From an uncultured Gemmatimonadaceae bacterium (GTDB lineage: Bacteria > Gemmatimonadota > Gemmatimonadetes > Gemmatimonadales > Gemmatimonadaceae): a DNA stretch of 64,000 bases. Positions 1 to 12,221 of the stretch are shown here, in pieces. The position numbers and the translations under genes were made by a program. Under the pieces are notes generated by a model. That model did not search any database and was not told where the DNA came from. It saw nothing but the letters and a program-made list of their open reading frames with translations. Position 1 is the stretch's first letter; each line of letters starts with the position of its first letter. The stretch spans positions 544,001-608,000 of the forward strand of contig CAWHHI010000004.1 in the NCBI GenBank assembly GCA_963829055.1, in the 5' to 3' direction.

Positions 1-246
1 ACGAAGCAGCGCGGCACCGGACAGCACGCCGGCGAGCACCGCCGCCGCGAGTCCGACACGTACCCACCCGTGGAACACGCCCCACCACTCGGGCGCTTCG
101 CCGCCGCTGGCGATGCGCGCCATGATGCGCGATTCGAGCGTGTCCCAGTACGACGCGTTGGCCGCCGGCGACGCATAGACGTCGCGAAGCAGCTGCGTCA
201 CTTCTTCGTCGCCCCATTCGTGAGGCGTCCCACGTTCGATCTTCAT
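1..246 (-). CDS. Putative anti-sigma / membrane protein downstream of the ECF sigma factor (partial, runs off the window)
   Basis: Manual translation from ATG 246 gives MKIERGTPHEWGDEEVTQLLRDVYA...YWDTLESRIMARIA...WVRVGLAAAVLAGVLSGAALLR, which has a TM segment. ATGA overlap with the sigma stop. Confidence 0.6.
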   Translation of the reverse strand, partial: MKIERGTPHEWGDEEVTQLLRDVYASPAANASYWDTLESRIMARIASGGEAPEWWGVFHGWVRVGLAAAVLAGVLSGAALLR

Positions 247-839
247 AGCTGGCTCCTGACGGCACTCAACGCCTGGCGCAGACGCGCCCGCGCATGGTGC
301 AGATCCGACCGCGCGGTTCCCTCGGGAATACCGAGCAGCCGGCCGATCTCTGCGTGCTTGAATCCTTCCACGTCGTGTAACACGATCACCGCGCGCTGCC
401 GCTCGTTCAGCGTCGACAACGCGACGGTCAATCTTCGCCGCAGCTCGGCGGATTCAGCCGGGTCGCGAAACGGAGACGCGATCGTATCTGTCAGGGCGTC
501 GGCATCGCGGACCTTCTTGCGACGCGTGATGTCGAGCGCGGCGTTCGCGACGATGCGATTCAACCACGCACCGAACGCCTGGTCCGGCAGAAACCGATCG
601 AGCGCGCGGAACGCGTGCAGAAACCCTTCCTGCACGGCGTCCTCCGCGTCCTCGTGCGTGAGCACGATGGCACGCGCGACCGCATACGCCCGTCGCTGAT
701 GTAGACGCACCAGTGCCGCGAACGACTCGGTATCTCCGCGCTGGGCGGAAACCACGAGTTCGTGCTCGCGCTCGCGCGCCGTCGGTTCAGGCGGCGAGAG
801 CACGGCAGACGGAAAATCGAACGTCAGAGCAAGCGTCAC
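243..839 (-). CDS. RNA polymerase ECF sigma-70 factor
   Basis: Region 2 DAEDAVQEGFLHAFRAL...AWLNRIVAN and region 4 VIVLHDVEGFKHAEIGRLLGIPEGTARSDLHHAR. Start GTG 839 is inferred. Confidence 0.92.
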   Translation of the reverse strand: MTLALTFDFPSAVLSPPEPTAREREHELVVSAQRGDTESFAALVRLHQRRAYAVARAIVLTHEDAEDAVQEGFLHAFRALDRFLPDQAFGAWLNRIVANAALDITRRKKVRDADALTDTIASPFRDPAESAELRRRLTVALSTLNERQRAVIVLHDVEGFKHAEIGRLLGIPEGTARSDLHHARARLRQALSAVRSQL

Positions 840-866
840 GTAGGCGAGTGATCGGGTCGCCTTTAG

Positions 867-893
867 AACGCGGCGCTGGGGTGAAGCGTTGAC
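867..893 (-). promoter_or_regulatory. Putative ECF-type autoregulatory promoter
   Basis: Minus strand GTCAAC-N17-CGTT about 28 nt upstream of the inferred sigma start. Fits the generic ECF AAC/CGT consensus. Confidence 0.4.
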
Positions 894-901
894 CCGCCAA
901 C

Positions 902-1508
902 TCAACCTCCCGACGGCGATCCGGCGAGCCCCAACGACTCGGCCCGCGCCCGCATGGCATCGATCACAAACTGAATGTGCCAATCGAGGTCGACACCCAG
1001 ATCGGCGGCGCCGTTCACGACGTCATCCCGGTTCACGCCCCGAGCGAACGCCTTGTCTTTCATCTTCTTGCGCACCGACCGCGCGTCCACCTCGTGCACA
1101 CTCCGAGAGGGACGGACGAGGGCGGTCGCCGTGACCAGCCCGGTGAGCTCGTCGACCGCGAACAGGGTCTTGGCCATGCGTGTGACCCGCGGGACACCGG
1201 AGTAGCTGGCGTGCCCCAGAATGGCCTCGAGCACGTCGTCCGGGTAGCCCCGCTCACGCAGGACAGCGAACGCCAGCGGCTGGGTGCTCCTCCGTAGGCG
1301 AATGGGCGGCGTTGGGCCACCGCTCGTAGTCGAAGTCGTGCATGAGGCCCGCAAGGCCCCACCGCTCGACGTCTTCACCAAAGTGCTCGGCGTACGCGCG
1401 CATGGCTGCCTCGACCGCGTACATGTGCTTCCGGAGCGAGTCGCTCGCGGTGTATTCGTGCATGAGGGCCAGCGCGGCGTCGCGAGCTGGAAGCGCGGAA
1501 GTCGTCAT
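902..1508 (-). CDS. HD-domain (HDIG-type) phosphohydrolase, one frameshift
   Basis: SLRKHMYAVEAAM...GLMHDFDYE in one frame joins AILGHA...LFAVDELTG...KKMKDKAFARGVNR in another. Confidence 0.88.
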
Positions 1509-1623
1509 CGAACCGATTGGACTGAAGGTCGTACGACGGGGCCGGTCCAGTAAGATTACGACTGTCGCGCGGGCGTCCAACCCCGAGCTGCGAACGGATG
1601 GGCGCGGGTGGGTGAACTACGTG

Positions 1624-2178
1624 TCAGGCTCGCGGCGAGAAGATCGCTTCGACCCGACAGCCATCCCGGACGGCCGCCTCGAGGGCGCTGCCCGGACACA
1701 CCAGATACGAATATCGGGCGGCCCGGAACACCGGCACGTCTGCCATGCTGTCGCCCATATAGTCGAAGGGCTGCGCTCCAAGGTGGGCGCGGATCGACTC
1801 GAGCTTGCCAGGCCCCTTCGCGTTGTGTCTCCCGTCGCTCGCGATGACGAAGTCGAACAGCTCCAGGTGCGCTGCCACAGCGTCGGCGATTCGCCGATCG
1901 CCGCCGTCGCGAGCAGGACTGGTCGCGCGGACGCACGCTCTCGGCGGACGAATGCCAACACGTCGGGTCGATAGGGCAGGGCATCGCGCCGGAAGCACGA
2001 CCCGCTCGCTCACGTAGCGCTTGAACCGCGCGCGGCCAGTCAGCACGACGAACGGCAGCACGGGCACGAGCCACGGTCGCGTCCGCGCGAGCAATCGCGC
2101 GAGCGAGAGATGCAGGGTGTCGCCGTCGATCAGCGTTCCGTCGAGGTCCACGATCAACGGAACGGCGTCGGCCGTCAT
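1624..2178 (-). CDS. HAD-like hydrolase resembling the N-terminal domain of UbiA-family prenyltransferase fusions; internal compensating frameshifts
   Basis: PLIVDLDGTL motif I, ASDGRHNAKG, FDYMGDSMADVPVF motif IV. Confidence 0.8.
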   Translation of the reverse strand: MTADAVPLIVDLDGTLIDGDTLHLSLARLLARTRPWLVPVLPFVVLTGRARFKRYVSERVVLPARCPALSTRRVGIRPPRACVRATSPARDGGDRRIADAVAAHLELFDFVIASDGRHNAKGPGKLESIRAHLGAQPFDYMGDSMADVPVFRAARYSYLVCPGSALEAAVRDGCRVEAIFSPRA

Positions 2179-2335
2179 TCCGAGCGGAGCCGCGAAGCCT
2201 TGTCATGCCGAGCGAGCGAAGCCGGTGCCCACCGCAGGTGGCGCATGAGGAATCGAGACTCTGCTGGCTAGAGAGCCCTCTACCCGTATGGTCGCGATTC
2301 CTCGACTGCGGCCTGCGGCCTGCGCTCGGAATGAC
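2174..2335. repeat. Palindromic REP/MITE-like element, copy A
   Basis: GTCATTCCGAGCG...GAGGAATC...AGAGAGCCCTCT...GATTCCTC...CGCTCGGAATGAC. Related copies at 15526, 33021, 37039, 40395, 55663 and 58185. Confidence 0.88.
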
Positions 2336-2365
2336 ACGGCGCTCCACTCGCCGTTTCCGCCGACG

Positions 2366-3999
2366 TCAATGCGCGGGGCCGGTGCTGCCTCGGCCGCGGC
2401 CGGTCTTCCAGAGAAGCAGGAGCGGAAGGGCGCACAGCAGGATGATGCCGTTCAGCAGGTAGATCTTCGAGAACGCGAGCACGCTCGCCTGCGCCGAGAT
2501 CTGCCGGTCGAGGATGAAGAGCGCCTGCTGCTTGGCGACGATCGGGTTCACGCCGTGCGCCATGAGCCCGCGCGTGATCATGTCGAGGCGGCGCGCTGAC
2601 CCGCGATGTCGATCGCGCCGACGTGCTCGGTGAGCACCGCGTGGCGGGTGGCCGTGAAGCGCGACAGCAGCGTCGCCATGAGCGCGATGCCGAGCGAGCC
2701 GCCGAGCTGTCGCGTTAGGTTGTACAGCCCGGTGCCCTGCGCGAGCTGACGTGACCGATGAGCTCCGCCATCGACGCGCTCGTGAGCGGTACGAAGATGA
2801 GACCAAGGCCAACGCCACGGAGCACGAGTGGCCAGAACAGGTCACCGGTGCCGCTGTCGAGCGTGATCGCGACATCTGCCACATCGAAAACATGAACAGC
2901 CCCGACCCGGCGACGATCGTGTAGCGTGCGTCGAGCTTCTGCGCGTTCCTGCCGACGACCGCCATCGTGAACGCCGACGCGAGCGCGCCTGGCAGAATCA
3001 CCTTTCCCGTCTGCCACGCCGTGAATCCGTGCAGCGATTGCAGGAAGATCGGCAGCACGAACACGCCGCCGTAGAGCGCCAGACCGAGCACCGCGGCGAA
3101 CATGACGCCGGTCGCGAGCTGCCGGCTCTTCAGAACGCTGAAGTCGATGATCGGCTCTTCGGTCGTGAGCTCGCGCCAGATCAGCGCGACGCCCGACACG
3201 AGCGCCACGACGCCGAGCGTCGTCACGAAGCGCGATTCGAACCAGTCGTAACGCTCGCCGCGCTCGAGCATCCACTGCAGCGACCCGACCGTGAGCGCGA
3301 GCAGCAGGATGCCCGATGACGTCGATCGTTCTCGGCGCGCTCCTGATGCTCGGCGTTGCGCACGTACGCCATGACCATGATCGCGGCCAGGATGCCGAGC
3401 GGCACGTTGATGTAGAAGATCCACGGCCAGTTGTAGTTGTCGGTGATCCAGCCGCCTAACGTGGGACCGATCGTCGGTCCGACCATCACGCCGACGCCGA
3501 ACATCGCCTGACCGATGCCGGCCTCCTCCGGCGGGAACGACTCGAACAGCGTGGACTGCGCCGTGGAGAGCAGCGCACCGCCACCGAGCCCCTGAATGAC
3601 GCGCCACAGCATGAGCCCGCCGAGCGACGTCGCCGCGCCGCACATGAACGACGCGACCACGAACAGCATGATCGACCCGGTGAGATAGCGTCGACGGCCG
3701 AAGTACGCCGACAGCCATCCCGACATCGGGATCACGATGACGTTCGCGATGATGTAGCCGGTGGACACCCACGAGATCTCGTCGATCGTCGCGCCGAGGT
3801 TCCCCATCATGTGCGGGATGGCGACGTTCACGATCGACGTGTCGATGAGCTCGAGCACCGCCGCCAGCGTGACCGCGATGGCGATCAGGTACTTGTGCTT
3901 GTACTGGTCCTCGGCAGGCGCGACCGCCGGTGTGGCCGCCGCGGGCGCGTACGCCTCGGCGACCACGATCCCGGGGCTCTCGCTGACGGTCGTGCTCAT
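2366..3999 (-). CDS. emrB: DHA2-family MFS efflux permease (EmrB/QacA), frameshifted
   Basis: LELIDTSIVNVAIPHMMGNLGA...WVSTGY, RVIQGLGGG, GPTLGGWITDNYNWPWIFYINVP. Confidence 0.9.
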
Positions 4000-4004
4000 C
4001 GATG

Positions 4005-5129
4005 CTACTGTTGTTTGGTTACGACGTGAGCTTCGACCGACATGCCTGGTCTGAGCGGTCGGCCTTCGCCGCACCCTCGCGTCACCCGAATGCGAACCGG
4101 CACGCGCTGCACGACCTTCGTGAAGTTGCCCGTCGCGTTGTCGGGCGGCAGCAGCGCGAACTTGGCACCGGTCGCCGCACCGATGCTCTCGACCTTGCCT
4201 TCCGCCTTGCAGCCTGCGTAGGCGTCGACGTCGATCTCGGCGGGGCTGCCGACGCGAACGTCGGCGAGCTGTGTCTCCTTGAAGTTCGCGGTCACCCAGA
4301 TGCCCGTGTCGGCGACGATCGTCAGCAGCGGCTGCCCGGGCTGAACGAGCTGACCGACCTCGACCTGCTTTCGCGACACGATGCCGGCGAGCGGTGCCGT
4401 GACCGACGTGTACGACAGCTGGAGCGCAGCGTTGTCGCGCGCAGCCTGTCGCGGCGCCGAGTCGGGCCGTGCGCGAAGCGCGCACCTGCTTCGGCGTTCG
4501 TGACACCAGCACCGGCGGCGCCAGCCTGACGCTGAACGGCATTCTCGTTGGCGATCGCGGCGTCGGCGGCGGCCTGCGCCGCGTCCAGCTGCTGCTTCGA
4601 CACGATCTGCTTGTCCGCGAGCTCCTTCATCCGCGCGAGATCGGACACCGCTTTCTGGCGGTTCGCCGCGGCCGCGGCGATCTGCGCATCGACGACCTGT
4701 CGCTGGCTCGCGGCGGTCTGCACCTGCGCTTCGGCCTGGCCCGTCACGCCTCGGCTTCCAGCGACGGACACCGCGGCAGCAAGGTCGGCGTCGGCCTGCG
4801 CGAGTCTGACCTTGTACTCGGCGTCGTCGATGTGGACGAGCTCGGCGCCTTCCTTCACGTGGTCGTTCTCACCGACGCGGACGGCGGTGACGAAGCCGCC
4901 GACCTTCGCGAGCACAGGCACCAGGTGCCCGTCGACCTGAGCGTTGTCGGTGGACTCGTGCGCGCGGCCGTAGCTCCATTTGCGTACGGCCCAGATGATG
5001 GCGAGCAAGCGCGAGGATGCCGACGATCGGCAGGATGAACTTTCGACGCGACGGCTTCGGCGGCTCGGAGGCAGGTGCAACGCGGAAACCGGACGGAGCG
5101 GATTGTTCTTCAGAGAGAGCGGTAGCCAT
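4005..5129 (-). CDS. emrA: HlyD/EmrA membrane-fusion protein, frameshifted
   Basis: ESTDNAQVDG, WVTANFKETQL, ATGAKFALLPPDNATGNFTKVVQRVPVRI. Confidence 0.92.
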
Positions 5130-5173
5130 GGATCGTGTCGTTATGCGAGTGATTCAACCATTCCGATCGAACG

Positions 5174-6573
5174 TCAATTCAGTTCCCGCGCACCGCCCTG
5201 CGAACGCGCGAGCGCGATGCGTGCGGCCTGGTACGCGGCGAGCGCGTCGACAACCTGCGTGCGCGCGCCGTTCAGCGAGAGCGAAGCGGTGAAGACGTCG
5301 GCGTTGCCGGCGACTCCCGCGCGGAAGCGCTCGCTGGCCTGGGCAACTTCCTGTTCCGCGAGTTGCACGCGCTCCCGAGCTGCAGCGACGGCTTCACGCG
5401 CGGATGCGAGATCGAGCAATGCGGTCCGTACTTCGACAGACGCCTGTTCGCGAAGATCACGCCGTCGCACGTCGATTTCGCGACGCAGCGCTGTCTGCTC
5501 CTCGGCGCGCCCTTCGCGACGAAGGCCGTCGAAGATCGGCAGGGACAGCTGGACGCCCCAGTTGTACGTCGGGAGCAATGCGCCGCCGTTCTTGCCAATG
5601 GATCCGTAGTCGCCGAACGCCGACAGACTGGGCAATCGCTCGGCGCGCACGGCGCCCGAGCTGTCGCTCGACCGCGGTGAGTTGCGCCTCGATGCTGCGC
5701 AGATCGGCGCGCCCACGTAGCGCCTGGTCGATCGCCGCTTGATCAGTCGGCAGCGCCTCGTCCATCCGCAACGCTGCGAGCGAGTCCGTCAGCGTCAGGG
5801 TGTGTCGAGCGGAAGACCGAGTTGCCGAAGCAGGTCGAGGCGAGTGCGGCCCCGGTCGTTGCGGGCAACAATCAGCTGGGCGCGGATGTCGCGAGCTGCG
5901 ACTGTGCGCGCGTGACGTCGAGGCCAACGCCAACACCGGCGGTGAGCTGGTCGCGTGCAATCGCGGAGCAGGTCTTCGGCGAGCGACGAGTCGGCGACAC
6001 GCGCGCCGAGCTGGGCATCGGCTCGCGCCGCGCGCACGTAGGCGACGGCGGCGTTCGAGGCGGCCTGCTCGGCGGCCTGGTCGGCGTCGAAGTCGCTCGC
6101 GCGTCGCTGAGGCCTTGGCGCTACGCACGCGTAGCGATAGCCGCCGCATCGAACAGCGATTGCGTGAAGTGGGCGCGCGCGTCGAACACGTTGACCGGAC
6201 CCTCGAGCTCGCCGTCGGGATCGAAGACCGGCGGTTGTCCGGTCGCCGTCGGGAAGTCGATACCGAACGTCGCGGTGTTGAGCGTGCGGCCGTTCTCGAG
6301 CGCCGACGCGGACACGTTAGGCAGCAGGTCGGCGCGGCGTTGCGTCACGCGCGCGTCCGCCTGTTCGGCGCGGAAACGTGCGGCCACGACCGTGCCATTC
6401 TGCTTCGCGGCGAGGCGGGCAGCGTCCCCTAACGAGATGCTGACGGGCGCGGCCGTCTGCGCGCGGACGCCCGAGAGCGCGAGCAAGGAAGCCGACACGG
6501 CGGTGACGATGGAGACGGCGACGCGGCGCGACGACGCGCCTTGGTGCGTGATAGCTGAATCGTTCACTGTCAT
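5174..6573 (-). CDS. TolC-family outer-membrane efflux protein, frameshifted
   Basis: Signal peptide, RRADLLPNVS, GVQLSLPIFDG, ASERFRAGVA. Sits in an operon with emrAB. Confidence 0.85.
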
Positions 6574-7279
6574 TTGTTGGACGGCGTCGCCGGAGCCGGC
6601 GCCGCGGGAGTCGCGCGGATCGCGTGAAAGAAGAAATCGGAGATCTGTTCGAACACCTGCTCGTCGGTGACGTCCGTCAGCAGCTTGAACACGTGGCGGC
6701 GAGCGCACCATGTCGAGTGCGTCATGGTCGTGGATGACAGGAAGCGGGCCGCGAGCACCGGATCGACCTGACGGAAGTCACCACGGTCGATGCCTCGACG
6801 AATCATCCCGGCTAACAGCTGCGTCGACTGGCATCACGACCTCTCGCCCGTAGAACTCGGCGAGGTCGGGGAAGTTGTGCAGCTCGCCAGTGACGAGCTT
6901 GAAGATCGTCTGGAATTCGGGTGAGCGAACGAAGTCCCAGTGCTCGCGCATGTAGCGCTCGAGCTCCTCGACCGGATCGCCTTCGCCCGCCTTGGCCGCG
7001 GCCTGGCGCAGTCGATCGACGACGACGGCGCGCACGACTTCGCGGAACAGCTCTTCCTTGTTCGGGAAGTACAGGTAGATGGTGCCTTTGGAGACGCCGG
7101 CACGGCGCGCGATGTCGTCGAGCCTGGCGCCGGCGAGGCCGCGCTCGTCGAAGACCTCGAGCGCGGCGTCGAGGATCTGGCGTGGCCGTTCCTCGGGCAG
7201 GCGGCGCCACCGCGGCGCCGGTGCGTCGTGGCGCGCGCGAGGCTGGCGGCTGAGGTGGGCGTTTGATGCGTTTGGCCAT
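6570..7279 (-). CDS. TetR/AcrR family regulator, frameshifted
   Basis: Joined frames give ERPRQILDAALEVFDERGLAGARLDDIARRAGVSKGTIYLYFPNKEELF. Confidence 0.88.
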
Positions 7280-7303
7280 GGGATTCGTATCCGCCAGTAG
7301 AAA

Positions 7304-7321
7304 TAACTGACTGGTCGGTAA
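7304..7321. promoter_or_regulatory. Putative TetR operator
   Basis: Imperfect palindrome ACTGAC-TG-GTCGGT in an AT-rich patch about 25 nt upstream of the tetR start. Confidence 0.55.
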
Positions 7322-7478
7322 CTTAATTGTGCCCTGGTCGCGTTCGCAACGCCGCGTCCTCGGACCCCACAATATCGTTACCGTCCAGTCCAAACCCGGG
7401 GAGCCGAGTGGCTGTCTCAGTCACGACGTCTCGTGCTCAGCTTGCGCGCTTCTCCGAACCGGCTCCGGTAACGTATTC

Positions 7479-8569
7479 ATGCGATTCCTTCTTTGGTCTA
7501 ACAGCGTCACTGGCTCTCTCGCTGGCTTGACCGCCGTGGTGCTCATCGGCGGTGCCGACCATCAGTGCCGCGCAGACACCCGAGCGCCGCACGCTCGCGG
7601 GCAACGACGTCGCCGTCTACAACATCGCCGGCATCATGCGCGTGGAGGGCGGCACCGGGTCGGAGGTGACCGTCGAAGTCACGCGCGGTGGCGGCGACGC
7701 GTCGCGGCTTCAGATCCAGAGCGGATCGCATCCGCGGCCGAGAGACGCTGCGCGTCGTCTATCCCGATCGGCGCATCGTCTACCGCCAGGGCGATTCGGA
7801 TCGCGTGGCGCGGGCGCACGACGCTTCGCGTGGACGATGACGGCACCTTCGGCGACAACCATCACGACGACGGCCGCAGCGTCGACATCGTCGGGAGCGG
7901 CGACGGGCTCGATGCGCATGCGGACATTCGCGTCGTTGTCCCGCGCGGCAAGCGCGTCTCCGTCTATCTCGGCGTCGGCGAAGCGAAGATCGAGAACGTC
8001 GACGGCGATCTGTACGTCGACGTGAGCGCGGCGCCGGTGACGACCACGCACACGCGCGGCAAGCTCTCGCTCGACACTGGGTCCGGCGAGGTCCGCGTCA
8101 CCGACGCACAGGGCGAGATCGATCTCGATACGGGGTCGGGCAGCGTCGAGGTGGCGAACATCACGCGGGCCGTTCCTCAAGATGGACACCGGCTCCGGAC
8201 GCGTGCGCGCGATCGGACGTCGTGGTCGACGAGCTGGAGATCGACACGGGTTCCGGCAGCGTGCGGCTCGGCCAGGTGCAGTCGAAGCGCATCAAGCTCG
8301 ATAGCGGCAGCGGGTCGGTGGAGCTGGACCTGCGCGCGGACGTGGAGACGCTGCACGTCGAGTCGGGGTCAGGCGGCGTGACGCTCGGCATCCCGGAGTC
8401 GTTAGGCGCATCGATCCGCATCGAGACCGGCAGCGGCGGCATCGATACGGACATCCCGGTTCAGGTTCGGAAGACGGAGCGGAACTTCCTGTCCGGGACG
8501 ATCGGGGATGGCAAAGGTGAGATCACGATCGAGACCGGGTCTGGAGGCGTGAGACTGCGACGGTCATGA
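7479..8569 (+). CDS. DUF4097-type beta-strand repeat (putative adhesin) protein, frameshifted
   Basis: Signal-like N-terminus and many DTGSGSV/ESGSGGV repeats. Confidence 0.82.
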
Positions 8570-8578
8570 AAACGGCCG

Positions 8579-8704
8579 GCTGGTAGCTGGTCGCTGGTGC
8601 TGGTGACGCTGGTCAGAACGAGAAACCCCGGGATGCCCGGTCGAACGACGTCCCGGGGCTTCTACTCTGACAAGTCGACCAGTCACCAGCGACCAGCAAC
8701 CAGC
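8579..8704. terminator. Bidirectional terminator hairpin with extended GCTGGT(N)/ACCAGC repeat arms
   Basis: Core AGAAACCCCGGGA...TCCCGGGGCTTCT between convergent genes; the flanking short repeats are inverted relative to each other. Confidence 0.65.
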
Positions 8705-8712
8705 ACGCTGCG

Positions 8713-8861
8713 CTACTTGGTTTTCTTCGCCTTTGCCTCGGCTTTTCTTCGAAATGCGCGTTCGTGAGCTTCACGATCGTGAAGGCCATCACGAACAGCA
8801 GGGCGGTCGTCACGATCATGCCGACGAAGGCGGCTTTCTTGTCTTCGAGGTGCAGCGACAT
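8713..8861 (-). CDS. Small single-TM hypothetical protein (about 49 aa)
   Basis: MSLHLEDKKAAFVGMIVTTALLFVMAFTIVKLTNAHFEEK with good GC3 codon usage. The end is inferred through a probable frameshift. Confidence 0.65.
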
Positions 8862-8889
8862 CGTCGCGGTCCGTTGGTTGGTGGTGGGG

Positions 8890-9349
8890 TCAGGCGACGC
8901 GCACGGAGTTCATCACGTCGTCCTTCTGGATCTTCTGCACGACATCAATGCCCTTCGTCACCTTGCCGAACACGGTGTGTACGCCGTTCAGGTGGCGCGT
9001 GTTGTTCTCGTCGAGCACGACGAAGAACTGGCTGCCGCCGGTGTTCTTGCCCGCGTGCGCCATCGAGAGCGCGCCGAGCTCGTGGGTGCGCGGGTTGCCG
9101 CTTCGTCTCGCACTTGATGGTGTAGCCGGGCCCGCCGGTGCCGATGCGCGGATCGCCTGACGGGAGATCGCGCGAGTTCGGGTCGCCGCCCTGGATCACG
9201 AAGCCAGGAATGACGCGGTGGAACTTCACGCCATCGTAGTAGCCCTTGTTCGCGAGCGTCTCGAAGTTCTCGACGGTCTTGGGCGCGTCCTTCTCGTACA
9301 GCTCAGCGACGATAGTGCCGCGATTGGTTTCGAAGGTAGCTGTTTTCAT
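8890..9349 (-). CDS. Cyclophilin-type peptidyl-prolyl isomerase, frameshifted
   Basis: APKTVENF...[21 protein letters not shown]...GTGGPGY, then [16 protein letters not shown]...[12 protein letters not shown]. Confidence 0.93.
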
Positions 9350-9418
9350 GGCCGGGAAACTAACCGGGAATCGGGAAGCAGGGACATCGGGAGACGTGGA
9401 CAGACGCTGCGAGGCTCA

Positions 9419-10142
9419 CTACCCGTCTCGGACGGGCACACGTCCGCCAGCGTACAGTCACCGCAGCGCGGGACTCTTCGCCTCGCAGACCCGGCGGCCG
9501 TGGAAGATCAGCAGGTGGGCGAGCATCGTCCAGCGGTCCCGCGGGAACAGGCCCATCAGCTCCTGTTCCACCTTCACGGGATCCGTCTCGCTCGTTAGGC
9601 CCAGGCGCATCGCCAGCCGGCCGACATGCGTGTCGACGACGACGCCCTCGTTCACGTCGAAGGCGTTGCCGAGGATGACGTTCGCTGTCTTGCGGCCGAC
9701 GCCGGGAAGCGTCACCAGCTCGGCGAGCGTCGACGGTACCTCGCCACCGTGGCGCTCGACGACCGCGCCGGCCATGCCGATGATGCTCTTCGCCTTGTTT
9801 CGGAAGAAGCCCGGTGCTCTTGATGATCTCCTCGACGTCCTCCTGCCGCGCGGCTGCCAGCGCCTCGACGGTCGGATACCGGGAGAACAGCACCGGCGTC
9901 ACCATGTTCACGCGCTTGTCGGTGCACTGCGCGCTGAGAATCGTGGCGACGAGCAGCTCGAACGGCGTCCTGAAATCGAGCTCGCAGTGCGCGTCCGGGT
10001 AGAGCGCCAGCAGCCGGTCGTAGAGAAGCGGCGGATTCGCCGGCGCGGTCGATCGCGCGACGCTTCGGCGCACGTTTCGCTTCGGCGTCACTTGGTTTTC
10101 GCCGTTGCTTTCGGCAGCCAGTTTCAGCGGCTTTCGCGCCAT
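9419..10142 (-). CDS. nth: Endonuclease III, frameshifted
   Basis: [18 protein letters not shown], Hh[27 protein letters not shown] and a C-terminal Fe-S Cys cluster. Confidence 0.93.
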
Positions 10143-10256
10143 GCGCGACCGATTTCGCGGCTCTTCTTCACTGCCACGACCTTCGGGCGCCGCTGCGAGA
10201 GCGGTTGCCGAGGACCCTGTCGGTTGTTTGCCATCGATCGTGCGAGATCAGGAAGA

Positions 10257-12078
10257 TCAGAAGGGGATGTCCGCGTCCGGATCGGTCTCTGCGGCGCGAC
10301 GGATCTTCGCGACGCCGTGCCCGGCGCGGCTGCGCCGTTTGCGCGACGAGCGCTTCGCGAACGCGAGAATGTCCGTCGGCCGACCGTGCATTCAAGATAT
10401 CATCGGCCTCCAGCCATCCCTTCCGCGCCATGTCCACGCCAATCGACGACGACATCGAGTCCAATCGTGGAGTGCGCGTCGGGCCCGATCTCGATCGGAA
10501 CGCCGAGCGCCTTCGCGCGGCGGCAGTGTCGCCAGTCGAGATCGAGGCGATGCGGGTCGGCGTTGAGCTCCATCGCGACGCCCACGTCCGCGGCCTTCTC
10601 GATCATCGCGACCATGTCCACGGGATAGGGCTCCCGGACGAGCAGCAGTCGGCCCGTTGGATGGCCGAGGATCGTGAGTCGCGGGTCATCGAGCGCGGTG
10701 AGGATGCGCGTCGTCATCTCCGACTCGGTCATGCGAAAGCGCGAGTGCACCGAGCCGATCACGTAAGTCGAACCGGTCGAGCGTTGCATCATCGTAGTCG
10801 AGCTGCCCGGACGCCGAGGATGTCGGCTTCGATGCCCTTGAGGACCGTGAAATCCGTCGAGCGTCGCGTTCAGCTCGTCGATCTCGTCGTGCTGGCGCGC
10901 GACGTCATCGCGGCCGCAATCCGCCGGCGTAGAACGCAGACTGCGAGTGGTCGCTGATGCCGAGATACGTCCAGCCGCGCGCGCTGCGCCGCTTCGGCCA
11001 TGTCGGCGATGGTGGCGGCGCCGTCGGAGTAGGTGGAGTGACAGTGCAGCACGCCGCGCACATCGGCTCCGGCCGTCACGAGACGTGGGCAGCGCGCCGG
11101 TCGCCGCCGTGAGCTCGCCGTCGCCCTCGCGCAGCTCCGGCGGGACGTACGCGAGAGTCGAGCCAACGCGTAGAGCGCGTCCTCGTCGGCAGCGGGAACG
11201 CGCTCGCCGCGCGCATCGCGGACGACGTCGTCCATCGAGCGAGAAGCCGACGGCGGCGAGGAGCGTCGTCATCTGTGCGACGTGCGCTGCGCTCCCGGTC
11301 GCGCGCCAGAACGCCACCGCGAAATCGTCCTCCGGGCACGCAGTACAGGTCGAGCATCGTGCCGTCCACGTAGCGAATGGAGGCGGAGCCGTCCAGCGAC
11401 GGACGCGTCGACGACACCGGGCACGCGCGCGAATGACGCCGCAACGCCGTTCGGGTCGCCGCGCACGGCGGCAACGATGTCGATGTCGCGGACCGACCTC
11501 GCAGCGGCGACGCACGGACCCCGCGATCTCCGCCGAGATGACGTCCGGGTGGCGGCGTACCGACGAGAGCAGGAGTGCGGCATCGGCGTGGGCGCGCGGG
11601 AATAGCACGAGCGCGTGCGTCCGCCGCTTGAACGCGATGGCGTCGGCCAGGCGTTCGACCGTCTTCTCGCCGAACCCTTTGACCGTGGCGAGTCGGCCGT
11701 CGCGAGCGGCGACCTCGAGGTCATCGATGCGACGCGACGCCTAACGTGTCGTGAGATCTGCTGCATCTTTTCGGGCGAGAGGCCCGGGACGCGCATCAGC
11801 TCGAGCAGCCCGTCGGGCACGTTCATGCGCAGCTGCTCGAGGTAGCGCGACTCTCCGTTCTCGACGAGATCGGTGATCACGGCGAGCGTTGCGGAGCCGA
11901 CTCCCTTCACCTTCGCGAGCTCACCGGAGCGCAGGAGCGGCGTGAGGTCGTCGGTGTCGAGCGCGAGCACCGCTTTGGCGGCGCCGCGATACGCGCGCGT
12001 CTTGAAGCGGTTCTCGGCTCGAAGCTCGAGCAGGTCCGCGATCTCTGACAGGACGTGGGCCGCGGAACGCGAGTCCAT
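10257..12078 (-). CDS. polX: DNA polymerase X with PHP domain, multiple frameshifts
   Basis: ENRFKTRAYRGAA, AGSVRR...RDIDIV, ATGSAAH, PPELREG, LHCHSTYSDG, ILGHPTGRLL, ELNADPHRLDLDW, GPDAHS. Confidence 0.9.
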
Positions 12079-12221
12079 GGTCGGCCGCCTAACGCTTCGA
12101 GGTGGTGCGCACGTCGGTCGGCCGCCTATCGGCGAAGGGCGGAAACGACGCGGGCGCCCGCGATCATCGCGGGCGCCCGAATGTTGTCCTGCCGTACAGT
12201 CGGCGCGCTAGCGCTCGAGCG

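Noticed and set aside
10257..12078. polX, and the other split genes, as pseudogenes or programmed frameshifts
   Set aside because: Catalytic motifs are intact, no slippery-site pattern was seen, and indels are widespread, which fits sequencing error.
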